A DNA stretch of 64,000 bases from Sminthopsis crassicaudata (taxonomy: Eukaryota): assembly GCF_048593235.1 (NCBI RefSeq), contig NC_133618.1, positions 434,166,947 through 434,230,946 of the forward strand, in the 5' to 3' direction. The notes beneath the pieces are model-generated. The model did no database searches. It was not told where the DNA came from and was given only the letters and a program-made list of their open reading frames with translations. Positions 13,090-25,845 of the stretch are shown here, piece after piece. A program made the position numbers and the translations under genes. How positions within the stretch are numbered: the first letter of the stretch is position 1; each line of letters starts with the position of its first letter.

Positions 13090-15350
13090 AATTTCTTAAA
13101 AATAGATTTGGGAAAGGGGCAGAGTCAAAATAATTGAGTAAGAATTATTATTAACATTTTTTAAAATCAGCTTACTCAACACATCTCCTCCATAACAACT
13201 TAAAAAGTATACCAGATCAAATTATGATCAGGAAAGTCAAGGAAAAGTCATATTAAGTAATTCTGGCCAAGTCAGCTTAGGAAAATAAAGATTGCAAACA
13301 CGGAGATGGAAGCTGGCCAGGAATGGAATACTGCAGAAGCAGGGGTGGAGAGTCTTCTGGAGTCCAGGAATGTTGAGAAAGCTAAAACAGAACAGCAAAG
13401 CTGGAAGTACTGAGCCAGAAAGAGATCTCAAAGAGACTCTTGAACTAGCATCAATAACAGAAAAATGTGCCAACTGACGGCTCTGCTGTCTATTACCCAC
13501 TTCCAGATGATAGTTCCAGATGAGAAAGGAGTTGCTAGTAAGAGAGGTCCCTAGCTGAACAAGTTCCAAAGGTAGAGTAACAAGCAAGGTAGAAAGGACA
13601 CAAATACAGATGTCTAGAGTTCCACGGAGTCCTGAAACTAGAGAGTGCTATCCTAAACTGTCCAAGTACAAAGCGAAACAGATAAATCTAACCAAAAAAC
13701 TCACCAAAAAAAACCACAAGATGTTAAAGAGATAAACAAAATTTTAGAAAAGCTAACTTTGATAGATCTTTGGAGAACACTGAATGCAAACAGAGACTTA
13801 GACCAACTTCTCAGCTGTGCATGGCATCTTTATTTTAAAAACTTACTCTGAAGGTATGAAGGTATTAAAAAAAACCTCACAGACAAATAAAGACAGATTA
13901 AGCAACTGGAGAAATACAAATGGCTTATGGGTAGAGCCAATATAACAAAAATAACTATACTATCCAATTTACTAATTCAATGCCATACCAAACTACTAAG
14001 TATCATTTCACAGATCTAGAAAAAGTAGTAGAAAATTCATCTGGAGAAACAAAAGGTAGAGAATATCAAGGGCATCACTAAATAAATAAAAGTAAAGAAA
14101 GGCAGCCTCGCAATACCAGATGTCAAATTATACTACAAAGCAATAATTATAACAACAATTTGGAGATTTTGACCAGTGGAATAGGTTAAGTACACGATAT
14201 ATAGAAGTAAATGCTCACAGTAATCTCCTATAATGAGATCCATGCTACTAAGATAAGAATTTACTTCTTAACAAAAACCTAAGAAAACTGGAAAGCAAAC
14301 CAGCAGAAACTAAGCATAGACCAACATCTCACATACTATGTATCAAAAACAAGCTCAAACTGGCCACATAATTTAGATATAAAGAATGATATGAACAAAT
14401 TAGGAGAGTATGGATCAATAGATAAGAGTTCACGATCAAAAAAGGTTAAAAGGATCACAGAAAGTGAAATAGTTAATTCTGATTACATGAAATTTTAAGA
14501 TTTTGCACAAAGCCAATGTAACCAAAATTAGAAGAAAAGCAAAAAACTGAGGGAAAACTTTTTTCCCAAAAGTTTCTCTGATAAAGGTCTCATTTCTCAA
14601 ATATATAAGGAAACTGAGGCAAACTTATGAAAATAGGAGTCATTTCCCAATTAATAGTTAAAGAAAATGCTTAATTTTCAGAAGAAATCAAAGCTTCTAG
14701 TAGTCATATTAAAAAAAAGTTCTAAATCACTAATAATTCGAGAAACACAAATTAAAACAATTCACATGCATCAGATTGGCTAATATGATGAAAAGGAAAA
14801 TGACATTCAAGAGGGTACGTTAAGGCATTGTTGGTGAAGTTGTGAACCAGTCTAGCCATTCTGGAGAACAATCGGTAATCTATAAAATTGTGTGTGCCCT
14901 TTGATCCGATAATACTGCTTGCAAGCTGGTACTCAAAAGACATCAAAGCAAGAGGAAAAGAACCCACATGTACAAAGATATTTACAGCAGCTCCTTTTGT
15001 GGTAACAAAGAACTGGAAACTGAGGAAATGCTCCTCAGCTGAAAAATGGCTGAACAAGTTGCTGTATATGAATGTGATGGAATACTATTATACTGCAAGA
15101 AGCGATGAAGGGGACAGCGTAAGACTAATGTGAGAAAACAAACGAACAAAGTGAAATGAGCAAAACTATGGAACAATCTACATAACAATAGTAATACCAT
15201 AAAGATAATAACCTTCAAAAGACTTAATACTTCTGAATTAACAATGATGCATCTCAATTCCAAAGGACTCCTGATGAAACATACCATCCAATTTTTCAAT
15301 ACAAGAATAAAAGCCAAAAAAAAAATTAAATAAAATTAATCGAAACTAAA
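13090..15350 (+). mobile_element. Old rearranged L1 (5' UTR-like segment joined to ORF2 fragments)
   Basis: The ORF at 14888-15133 retains CxPFDPxIxL...KEPTCTKIFTAAxFVVxKNWK of the ORF2 C-terminus; endonuclease-like sequence from about 13700. Confidence 0.75.
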
Positions 15351-15416
15351 TACTATAAAATTACATTAACAAAACTTGGCCTGAAAGAAGAAAAATTAGA
15401 AGATACTATAAAGAGG

Positions 15417-15665
15417 GGTATGACAAAGCCAGCTCAAATTGGCTCTTAAGAACAGATTGTTATATTTATAGTGTGAGCATTTCACTTCAGAATTTGATAA
15501 ATGCAATAAATTAGTGTTTCATTTATTATTTTGTTGATACTCTGGAACTAAAATGATGGAGAAAATATTAATAATTCATATCAACTTTAAAAATGTGTCA
15601 ATGCACATATTCCCTCCCCCCGAAGAACCAAATGTTAAACATTTACCAACATATTTCTTACTATA
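15417..15665 (+). mobile_element. hAT non-autonomous DNA transposon, MER63-like
   Basis: cagctcaaattggctc...gattgtta...gtgtgagcattt...tgttaaacatttaccaaca resembles MER63-type consensus, from recall only. Confidence 0.55.
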
Positions 15666-16139
15666 AGTGTGTAACAATGTTTCATGTACTGCCAAACTAT
15701 TTTCATATGTCGATTAATTTTGACAAACTGAGCTTTTTTTACCTTTGCTATAAGGAATTACTCTCTAGGAGGGGAAGGAAATAGAATAAATTTAGAAATG
15801 TAGATAATGTAAAAACAAAAGGTAGCACTAAAAGTTTATTTAAAAACAAAAAAAGCAGCAGCAACAATATCCTACATTATATTAAAAAGAAGCATAGTAC
15901 CCAAAGCAAGGGAAGTATCTACTAAATTCTGCCCTTGTTAGGCCACATCTGGAATATTCAGTAAATACAATTTTTATAAGAAACAGGCAATAACAACAAC
16001 AATAACAATAACATCAGCACTACCACTGCCAATGGTACTAATGAAAGGCTAAGTTATATAAAGTCTGCTAGGTCTGTCTCAGCTATTGTTTTAAGCATTT
16101 TACAAATATAATCTCACATGAGCCTCATAATAATCTTGG

Positions 16140-16480
16140 GAGTTGAATGCTAACAGGAAAGCATGTAACATGTCCAATAGAAGATGACCTGAATGGTGAG
16201 AAAATTGGAGAATGGTCTATTCAAGAATTATGTAAAGGATCTAGGTTTATTTACCTTAGAGGAGATAAGATTTAAAGAGACCAGGATAGCTACCAACAAG
16301 TATCTGTAAGTATAGGATTGGCTCAAAAAGGTATTAGTTGTAATGTACAGAAACTACAGTAAAGTAGACTTAAGCTTAATGAAAAGAAAAGTATCCTAAC
16401 AAGACTTCTTCAAAAGTAAAATGGGATATCTTAAGACAAAACCATTTCTTCTAAGTGAAGCAACTAGACAAGCTAAAAAT
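16140..16480 (+). mobile_element. CR1/L3 LINE 3' remnant
   Basis: aaggatctaggtttatttaccttagaggagataagatttaaag is typical of the CR1 ORF2 end. Confidence 0.55.
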
Positions 16481-16854
16481 AGTCCTCCCTTGCATTCCCA
16501 GAGAACAACCATTATAGCAAAGAATAATTTTTAAAAGAGTTCTTTTAAAAAGAGTTTAAAATTTTTAAAATACAACCCACTAACCACGTTTTATTTTACA
16601 TATCTACATCTAAAGTCTCTCCTTTGCAAAGAAATGGAAGATTAATTCTCTCTCTTCTTCGGGCCATGCCCGTTACCCTAATAGAAGAACACTTGGTTTC
16701 AGCTACTTTCCTATATCACTGTTCTTTACATTAAAAGTGTTGTAGTACTATACCTTTTGTTTTCCTGATTCTGCTTATTTATTTTTCAATAAATAAGTCT
16801 TTCCATGCTTCTATCCATTTATTATATTCATTTTTTCTTATACTACAATAATGT

Positions 16855-17035
16855 TCTAATATAGTGGGAAAAGAGTTCTGGGTTTGGAATTAGAAAATCT
16901 GAGTTCAAATTCCAGCTATGACAGTTATTATCTCTGTAGCAAGTCACTTTACCTCTCTTGGCCTCTCCTCTGTAAAATGAGTGACTGAAATTAATCAATG
17001 AGATTCCTTCCAGCTGTAATCCATGATCTTTTGTA
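16855..17035 (+). mobile_element. MIR3-type SINE
   Basis: ctgagttcaaattccagct core and gattccttccagctgtaatccatgat tail. Confidence 0.7.
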
Positions 17036-17039
17036 CCAC

Positions 17040-17660
17040 AATTTGGTTAACCATTTCCTAAATAGTGGGGACCTGCCCTGTTACCAGTTTTCTGCACCTA
17101 CAAAAAAATTCTACTTTAGGTATTTGGGTATCTATAAAACCATTATCACTGGACTTTCTAGGCATATATCCCTACTAGTGGTATCTATCTATTAAAAGTC
17201 CATACATTTTAATTAATTTTTTAAAAGCACAATTGCAAACTGCTTTCCAGAGTGGTAGAAGCAATTCTCAATTCCACCATCAAGGTGTTAGTGTGCCTGT
17301 ATTCCATACTACTCTAATATGGCCATTTTCTTGTCTTCTCTGAGAATTTGCTAAGTGTGACATATCATTATATCATATCAAGTTGCAAATAGTTGTTAAT
17401 AGCTTAACATTATTTTGATAATAATTTGTCAGTATCCTCAGACTGCCTATCCTTTAAAGAATGGTGTCTTTCTCATAAAACTTGTGCTCATTTTCTCTAT
17501 ATCTTAGATCCTTGTCACAAATACGTGATACAAAGATCTTTTTTTCCCCGAATTCACTGCTTCCCTTCGAAACTCAGTTGCTTTAACTGTGTGTGTGTTC
17601 CAAGGATTTTCATGTCATGTAACTGAAATCATCTATTTTACCTTTTGTGATTACTTCTAT
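17040..17660 (-). mobile_element. Old L1 ORF2 3' remnant
   Basis: Reverse-strand gcaaactgctttccagagtggt...caattccaccatcaag L1 motif. Confidence 0.65.
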
Positions 17661-18049
17661 CCTTTGTTTAATTAAGCAATCTTCCCCTTACTATATACAT
17701 GCCTGATCTGGTTCTCATTATATAAAAAAAAAAAAAAAAAAAAAAAAGGCACAATCTTTAATAAATCACTTATCTACTTTGAACTTGTTATGATATATGA
17801 TAGAAGCCAATTGTCTACACCAAATTTCTAAGCAATTAGAGCTTCCTCAACTTATTTATGTTCCTAGGCTGATCAAACAGTGATTTGCTGAGTTCAATAA
17901 GCTAGTGTATTTAGTGAATAGGAAAAAAAAATCAAATTCTGACCGAAAATTATAAAAGCTGTATTAGAAAAATGGGCAACTCTGTTGTATTTTAGGTTTG
18001 AAAACAATTCTTCACATACTTATGAAAAACTGAACACTAAAAAATAAAT

Positions 18050-18830
18050 GTCATAATCCTCAAGGTGACAAAGAATACAAAACATGGAATATTCAGAGTT
18101 GGAGAGATTATGGAAGGAAAGGGACACTATTTTACAACTGAAATTATCCAACATTCTGGAAAACTGTTTAAAATTATGTGGAAAAGTATCTGAAATACCC
18201 ATATGCGTTGATCCAAAGATCCAACTACCAGATATAGTAGTTCCTGAAAAGTAAATGATAAAAAGAAAAACAGTCTGTACACATAATATAATAGCTCTTT
18301 TTGTTGTAGCAAAGAATTAGAAAATAAATGTCCATCAACTGGAGAATGGCTAAACAAACTATGAATGTAATGAAATATTACTCTTCTAAGAAATGAACAT
18401 AAAGAACATGGAAAAGCACAGGAATACTTACAATGAACTGAAACAAAATGAAGTAAACAGAATCAAGATGACAATATGCACAAGGACAATAATATACAAA
18501 AGGAAAGAACAAAACAAACAAACAAACAAACTGAATACTATGAGATTATAATATCTAAGTTTATCTCCAGAGAAGGATAAAAGAATGAGTCCCCCAGCTT
18601 TTCAGAGGTGGAGGACTATGGTTATGAAACACTGCATACAACATTGTACTTGGTTAAAGAATATTTGTAAGTTTTGCTAAACTTCCTCCTCTCTCCCCCT
18701 TTTTTATGCTTTATTATAAAGGATGGCATTTTTCAAAGAGGATGTGAAAGAGAAAAACACATTAGGAAATGAAAGGAAGAAATATATTAGGAAATGAAAG
18801 GGTTAACACCCTAGCAAAGCTTTTCGTTAA
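18050..18830 (+). mobile_element. Old L1 ORF2 end and 3' UTR
   Basis: gatccaaagatccaactacc...tgtccatcaactggagaatggctaaacaaact. Confidence 0.75.
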
Positions 18831-19502
18831 AAAAAAAAAAAAATTAAGAAAAGCAAGAAGAAATCATTAAAATAACCATCCATCAATGTATCCAAACTTC
18901 CTTGCAAAGAAACTAGTATTAACAAAGTAAGGCTCCTTCAGAAGGCTGCCAGACTTAGTTCAAAGCTACTGAAGATACAAAATTAAAGACATGAAGATTC
19001 CCATTACAAGGGGAAAAACACTTAAGTCTATAATGGTTTAAATGGTCCTTTAGACCTAGAGTGTAAATCCAATTAAAAAGCAGAGATTAGGTTACTGACC
19101 CTGGGCCCAGAGGAATAAAGAGAACTTGAAGTACTTTCCCTGAATGGATTATGAAGATACTCTGAACGTATCACTTAGATTCTATTCTGTATTATGTTAT
19201 CAATACTCTGCATTCCTGCTGCTAGGGTTTGAAAGTTCAGAGGAAGTAAAATTTACATTTGATTGAAGAAGATTCTGAAAAAAAGTTGCAAGCTCAATGT
19301 CAATGTCAAGGTCAAATATATGAAATTGCTGGGTTTTTCTTTATCTTGAGTGGGGGAGGATAAGATTAAGAATAAATTTGATGTTGGTGAAAGATACCTC
19401 ACAGCCAAGGAGAATAAAGCTTGATGCTGTGCCACAAGATAGCAACTCAGTATAGAAGAGAGGCAATGTTAGCTTTTCCATATTAGCCCTGCTTAATCCT
19501 GA

Positions 19503-19546
<44 letters not shown>

Positions 19547-19934
19547 AATCCATGGGTCTTTTGAAATTTATTGATTTTTGAACTTCTCTGCTGAGGATCA
19601 CCAAACAAGCCGATTAATCAATTGTCTTTGTGAGAATTCTTGAAATATATTCATCTTTCTGTAGTAATCCCTCCCAAAAGTACTTTTTTGTTTACTGCGA
19701 TTCAACAAACATTTATTAAGCACCTACTATGTGTAAGGCATTACTTAGGGACTAAGGGATGAAGACATCAAAATGAAACTGATAGTCTCTAACATCAAGG
19801 TATTTATGATCTAATAGTTGGAAAAGGATAAAGAAAATATAACATAGACAAAATATAAGGTTTCAAGAGATCCAAACAAATTACTCTAGGAAAATATGAA
19901 GAGAAAGATAGTATTTTAAATGGAGCAGTCAGGG

Positions 19935-20318
19935 TGAAGTAGGTTGGGGTCCCTTTAAGAAACTGTATTTCCTAATGATCTGAGATTCCTTTCGGATTCC
20001 CAACCCCTCCTGGCTGAGGCATATCCTCCCTGAACAAGTAGTCTTTCCAGGATATCTGACATTGAATTATAAATCCTGGTCAAAAGCATCCCTTTGAATT
20101 CCAATATGAGATCAGGGCTTGTTCCAGCCCCCATTATGACTTGCTTGGGCCGCCTAGCCCCCACTGATTCTGAAATAGTTCATTTTGCAACTGATATTCG
20201 GAAATAAGTGAATTCTTTCACTCCTAGAACCTGCGGCCAATTAAAGGGGATTCTTAATAATTCTCTTGTAGCCACTAACCTCTAGACCACCAGGAATCCA
20301 AACCTCTACACCTCATCA
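19935..20318 (+). mobile_element. Solo LTR, ERV1-like, related to 6894-7370
   Basis: TGA...CTCATCA termini, 4-bp TSD aggg (19931-19934, 20319-20322). Shares ggtccctttaaga and aaatcctggtcaaaagca with the LTR at 6894. Confidence 0.8.
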
Positions 20319-21419
20319 AGGGGAAAGAGGAAGAGGCATGGATCAGGAAAGGCTGCATAAAAAAATACTTGAGCTATGTTCTGAAGGAAGAGTTGAGGCA
20401 GTAATAAATAGGAACTATATTCCAAGTAAGGTAGGATTAATCTACATGAATGCAAGATGATGGGACACAACATAATAAAAGTCATCTAATAGCTACCAAT
20501 GCAGACTAGGACATGTTACATGTGAAGGGAGTGGGCAATGCAAAACACAGTAAAGAAAGGTCAGCATCAAACTGAGGAGGACTTTAAATGAAAGTTGTAT
20601 TTCATCCTATAAAAATTAAGACTAAATACCATTCATTTCAGTTGGTTCTACACCCAAGTCTAAACTGAAGTCTTATCCAAAGAAGTTCTCATCTGTCCCA
20701 ATTAAGTTCCTCAAATTTCATTATGAGTAAAAGACTACATTTAGGCACTTCCTTATTTAATAAATAAGAAGTATTGCTTAAGCAGAAGTTGAGAACCCTG
20801 CTTTTCCTTCCTGGCAATATAACTCACCCTTTTCAAGAGCTTTATAATGACACAATTTGAGATGTTAACCCTGTAAATTAGTGAAAGTCAAACACATTGA
20901 GATATGCAGCAAATACTCTCAAGAGCCTATGAACAGGATGATGCAGTATATTCTCTATTACATTCACCCCCATTCCCAATTAGTTTATTAATTTTGAATA
21001 TAATTTATATTTATCAATATATACATTTCTTTTCCCCTGGAAAGAATGAAAGCTCCCTGAAGGCATGATATGCTTAAGTTTTTGTTTTGATATTCCCAGA
21101 GATTAACAAACTACTTAGCATACAGAAGCCACTTAAATATATGTTGCTGGTTGACATAAATCCAATATTCTTTATACTCTACTATGCTATCTCATGATAC
21201 AACATGGATACCAGTCTGGTTCAAACAAAATGGTTATATGAGATTCGACAAGCAAAGTAGGTAGACGAGAGTACAGGAACAGAAATATCCAAAGCACTAA
21301 TAATGCAAGACAGTATAAAGTGTGTTTGGAGGAAGTAAGCAAGTTTGGCTAGAACATCCAGAACATTTGAAAGAATAAAATGAAACAAGTCTTAAGTACC
21401 CTATAACTGCTAGGATCAA

Positions 21420-21503
21420 ATACAAACTACAAATGTGTATATATGGAATGCACTTATGTATATACAAACTACAAATATGTATATACGGAATGCACTTATG
21501 TGT
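21420..21503. repeat. 42-bp tandem duplication followed by a TA/TG-rich run
   Basis: atacaaactacaaatgtgtatatatggaatgcacttatgtat twice, 3 mismatches. Confidence 0.9.
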
Positions 21504-21559
21504 GTATATATATGTGTATATATATATGTATATGACCACAAGACACAGATATGAATGAA

Positions 21560-22600
21560 AAAGAATTTATTGTTTATTACGTTTCAAACATTATTCTTTC
21601 AAAAGATTCCCTGCTGTCAAGGAACTCATATTCTAATGAGGGAAACAGTACATGTCAAGGGTTCAGCCTCAGGACAGACAGCAAGATCTGGTAGTCTTTA
21701 AGGTTTAATGGCAGTATGTATGGAAAGTATTGGGAGCTTTAGGAAGGTTCCCAGGGGTCAACAATTTGAAGCTGCAGTCTGCTTTTGTACTGCAAGGGAG
21801 CTTTTTTACAATCAAATTTTATTGTATTTAAAAATAGAAAAATCATTCTTAGCTAGTGCTAAGAAGATAAAAGGACTAGATTTGGTCTTTGGACTATAGA
21901 CTGCCAAATCTTGGGGAAGACAGATGTAAATGCAGGTAAAAGTATGGATGCACACACACAAGTGAAAATTTAGGGGGAGAAAAGCACCACAGCTATAGGG
22001 CTCAGGAGATGGTGCTAAGCTTGTCATGAAAGAAATCAGGAATTTTGAGAGATAGAAGTGAGGAGAGAATACATTGCAGGTAAAAGGGACATCCAATGCA
22101 CAGGTATGAAAATAGGAAATACTATGTGTAGGAAGCACTAAGTCAATTAATCTAGACAACCACAGAGTAATAAAGAAGTAACGTGTTCTAAGGATTTAGA
22201 GGTAAATTGGAGCCAGGTTATGAAGATTGATTGAGAGCCAGTAAATTTTTGAAGGCAGAAAAATTTCATTTTATTTGTATCCTCAGTGCCTTGCATAGTG
22301 CTTGGCACATAGTAGGTTCTTTTTGTTGTTGTCAGGAAACAGCCATTGAAAGTTTTTGAGCCCACAAGTAACATAGCCATTTATACACAAAAAGACTATT
22401 TGGGTAGAAATGCAAAACCACATGTATGGAGCTGGAAAGAAGGAAAAAGGCAAGAAGAGGCTTCTCTGCTACCTGTTCAGATAGGTAGATACAAGGGGTC
22501 TTATCACAACCTGGACAAGTTGGTGGCAGTGGCAACAGAGAGAAAGGAAAGGATACAAATGATGGTGTGGCTTCCTAGGCTGCTCTGATTAGAATACAAG
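21560..22600 (-). mobile_element. L2 LINE remnants
   Basis: tcaaggaactcatattctaatg and purine-rich L2 antisense texture. Approximate bounds. Confidence 0.55.
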
Positions 22601-23308
22601 GATAAATGAATAGTAATGAGCACGAATGTTATTCACTGCTGGCCTGATTCAATTTTAACCTTTTTAAAGTACAACCAAAAGGGTAATTCGAAAACTTTGA
22701 ATCTCTGGAATTCTGTCTCTGGGTCCTAAAAAACCCTCAAAAGGATGCTAATGATTCACAACCATCCCATTGCATTGACCTTTGATCTGACTTTGTCAAA
22801 AGCTAAGCTGGGACTTCCCATGTGCCAAAGTGCAAAAGAGCCCAGTTAGGTGTGAGTGAAATTGCCAGACAGAATTTCCTCTGCCTATAATATATATCCT
22901 GCTGATGTTCACATGTATTGTACTAGATTACAAAACTATCAAACACATATTCTGAAGCAAAAAGATATCTTAGAATGGATCTAAGATATTCTATGAGGCA
23001 GTTTTGAAGATCTGATCTTATTACTGAATTAAGTAAAAAAATTCCCTTGTACAAAGCTACGCAACAAAAGCAACTAGAGAGAAAGATGCCACAGTAAATG
23101 CTTAGGCACTGGCATCTGCAAACCTGGTCACATACAGACCAAGGCTAAAGAAAATTTAGAGTCAGAAGTCATTTTTAACCACTCTTTTCACATAAAACAC
23201 AGTACTTACGTTTCTCAGAGGAATTTATAACAGTAGCTAAAGACAAGAAGAAAAGAGTAACAGAGAGATTCTCTGGGAGAAGCTCAGAGAAATCAGGGTT
23301 TGGCTGAC

Positions 23309-23474
23309 CTGGTGAGTGTCTGCTTTCCTCCCCCACTAAACCATTGCAATACATGGCATGCAGCTCAATTTCTGTGGGCGGGAAACCCTGGTCACACATT
23401 GGGCAGGACACCTGGATATGGGCCGAGAAGATGGAGGCAGACATTTCCTTCTCATTATTTTCATTGACAGCAGC
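23309..23474 (-). CDS. UIMC1: UIMC1 exon (exon 10 equivalent), first UBZ4-type zinc finger QVSCPMCDQGFPPTEIELHAMYCNG
   Basis: tgtgtccttcag|GCTGCT ... TCACCAG|gtcagc, 166 nt. CxxC-x11-H-x3-C pattern matches human QVSCPLCDQCFPPTKIERHAMYCNG. Confidence 0.95.
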
Positions 23475-24439
23475 CTGAAGGACACAAAGAACATAATTAT
23501 CACAAAAGGAATCATAATACTTTCAATTTAAAAAGCAAGGAATTCTAAGTGTTTCCCACTCATTCAATTCAATATATATTCAAGTGGCATCACACACTAT
23601 AAACAGTGCTAGGTCCTTGGGCACAAAAAAATGAAAAAATGACAATCTTTTACCTAAAGGAGTTTTCAACCTTTGGGAGGAGGAGAGAGCAGGCAGTTTT
23701 CATAAGGGAAGTTGGAAAGAAATGACATGTATATGGAATAAGTTGCCTTCTCTAACATTTTTCCCTGAGGCAGAATAGTATGGTTGAAAGAGAAGACTTG
23801 CAATAAGAGGATCTTGGTTCAAATTCTGCTTTGTGCCTCTGTACAAGTCATTTCCCTCTCTAAGCCTCACTTTCCCCTTCTATAAAATGTGGATAATAAT
23901 ACTTACACTATCTACCATATGGGTTTGCAAGGAAAGCAAAACCCTCAAGCACTAAAGAAATGTTGAGTTCTTATCATCTTCACTGTCATGCAACTGTTAC
24001 TCCTCCTGCAATGCTTACATCTCACCTGTTCAGGTCAGAGCTGGGAGCTCTGCAGTTATTAACTCAGCAGCATGAGTGAGCACTGCAGCACAACTACCTA
24101 ACGCTTGTTTCCAAGGACAGCATGTCCCAGACAATCAATATTGAGGCTGCCCTGGATATTCACTGTTTCCATTTAAAGCAAGGATCACCTGTGTTGCTAC
24201 AATACTTCGCAGGGGAAAAAAAAGTAAATATTTCTATAGTCTAGAAACAAAATGAGATCAAAGCTAAGATGAATGAAAAATCATACAAGCCAAATCGCCA
24301 TTTGGAGCTGTAAAATCTGGCCACCTCCAAAACAAGTTATGCTCTTTGTGAATTGAAACTGAGTGGTGGAAAGACCCCAACTTTTGGGATAAGAATTCAC
24401 TACTTGACAAAAACTGCTAGGGAAATTGGAAACTAGTAT

Positions 24440-25845
24440 GACAGAAATTAGGCATTGACACACACCTAACACTGTATACCAAAATAATGTTGAAATGGAT
24501 TCATGATCTAGACATAAAGAATGATTTTATAAACAAATTAGAAGGACATAGGATAGTTTACTTCTCAGATCTGTGGAGAAGGAAGGAATTTGTGACCAAA
24601 GAAGAATTAGAGATCATTATTGATCCCAAAATAGATAGATAATTTTGATTATATTAAGTTAAAAAGTTTTTGTACAAACAAAATTAATACAGACAAGATT
24701 AGAAGGAAAGCAATAAACTGGGAAAACATTTTTACATTCAAAAGTTCTGATAAAGGCCTTATTTCCAAAATATGTAGAGAATTAGCTCAAATTTATAAGA
24801 AATCAAGCCATTCTCCAATTGATAAATGGTCAAAGGATATGAACAGACCATTGAAATTGAAACTATTTGCAGTCATATGTAAAGGTGTACCAAATCACTA
24901 TTGACCAGAGAAATGCAAATTAAGAAAATTCTGAGATACCACTATACACACCTCTCAGATTGGCTAAGATGACAGGAAAAGATAATGACGAATGTTGGAG
25001 GGGATATGGGAAAACTGGGACACTGATACATTGTTGGTGGAGTTGTGCACAGATCTAGGCATTCTGGAGAGCAGTTTGGAACTATGTTCAAAAAGTTATC
25101 AAACTGTGCATACCCTTTGACCCAGCAGTGTTTTGAACGGGCTTATATCCCAAAGAGATCTTAAAGAAGGGAAAGGGACCCACATGTGCAAGAATGTTTG
25201 TGGCACTCTTTTTTGTAGTGGCAAGGAACTGGAAACAGAATAGATGACCAGAATGGCTGAATAAATTATGCTATGTGAATGTTATGGGATATTATTGTTC
25301 TATAAGAAATAATCAGCAGGATGATTTCAGAGAGGCTGGAGAGACTGAACTGATATGAGTGAAATGAGTAGAACCAGGAGATCATTGTACACAGCAACAA
25401 GAAGACTATATATGATGATCAATTCTGATGGACGTGGCTTTTTTCAACAATGAGTTGATTTAAACTAGTTCCAATTGTTCAGTGATGAAGAGAGTCATCC
25501 ATACCCAGAGAAGCTTGTGGGTACTGAGTGTGGACCATAACATTGCATTTTCACTCTTTCTGTTATTTTTTGCTTGCACTTTGTTTTCCTTTTCAGGTTT
25601 TTTTCTTTCTTTCTAGATTCAATTTTTCTTGTGCAGCAAGATAACTGTATAAATATGCATACGTATATTGGATTTAACATATAATTTAACATATTTAACA
25701 TGTATTGGACTACCTGCCATCTAGGGGAGGGAGTGGGGGGAAGGAGGGAAAAATTTGAAGCAGAAGGTATTTGTAAGAGTCAATATTGAAAAAATTACCC
25801 ATGCATATGTTTTGCATATAAAGATACAATATTTTAAAAAAGAAA
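24440..25845 (+). mobile_element. 5'-truncated L1 (ORF2 C-terminus and 3' UTR), moderately old
   Basis: Colinear with the young copy at 51408 but has frameshifts and stops; ends in a G-rich tract and A tail. Confidence 0.92.

Noticed and set aside
1-23308. Search for downstream UIMC1 exons (LTRRQKE.. and ZnF2 CYLCK..)
   Set aside because: No matching segment with splice sites found by eye. The stretch is treated as one long intron; a diverged small exon could have been missed.
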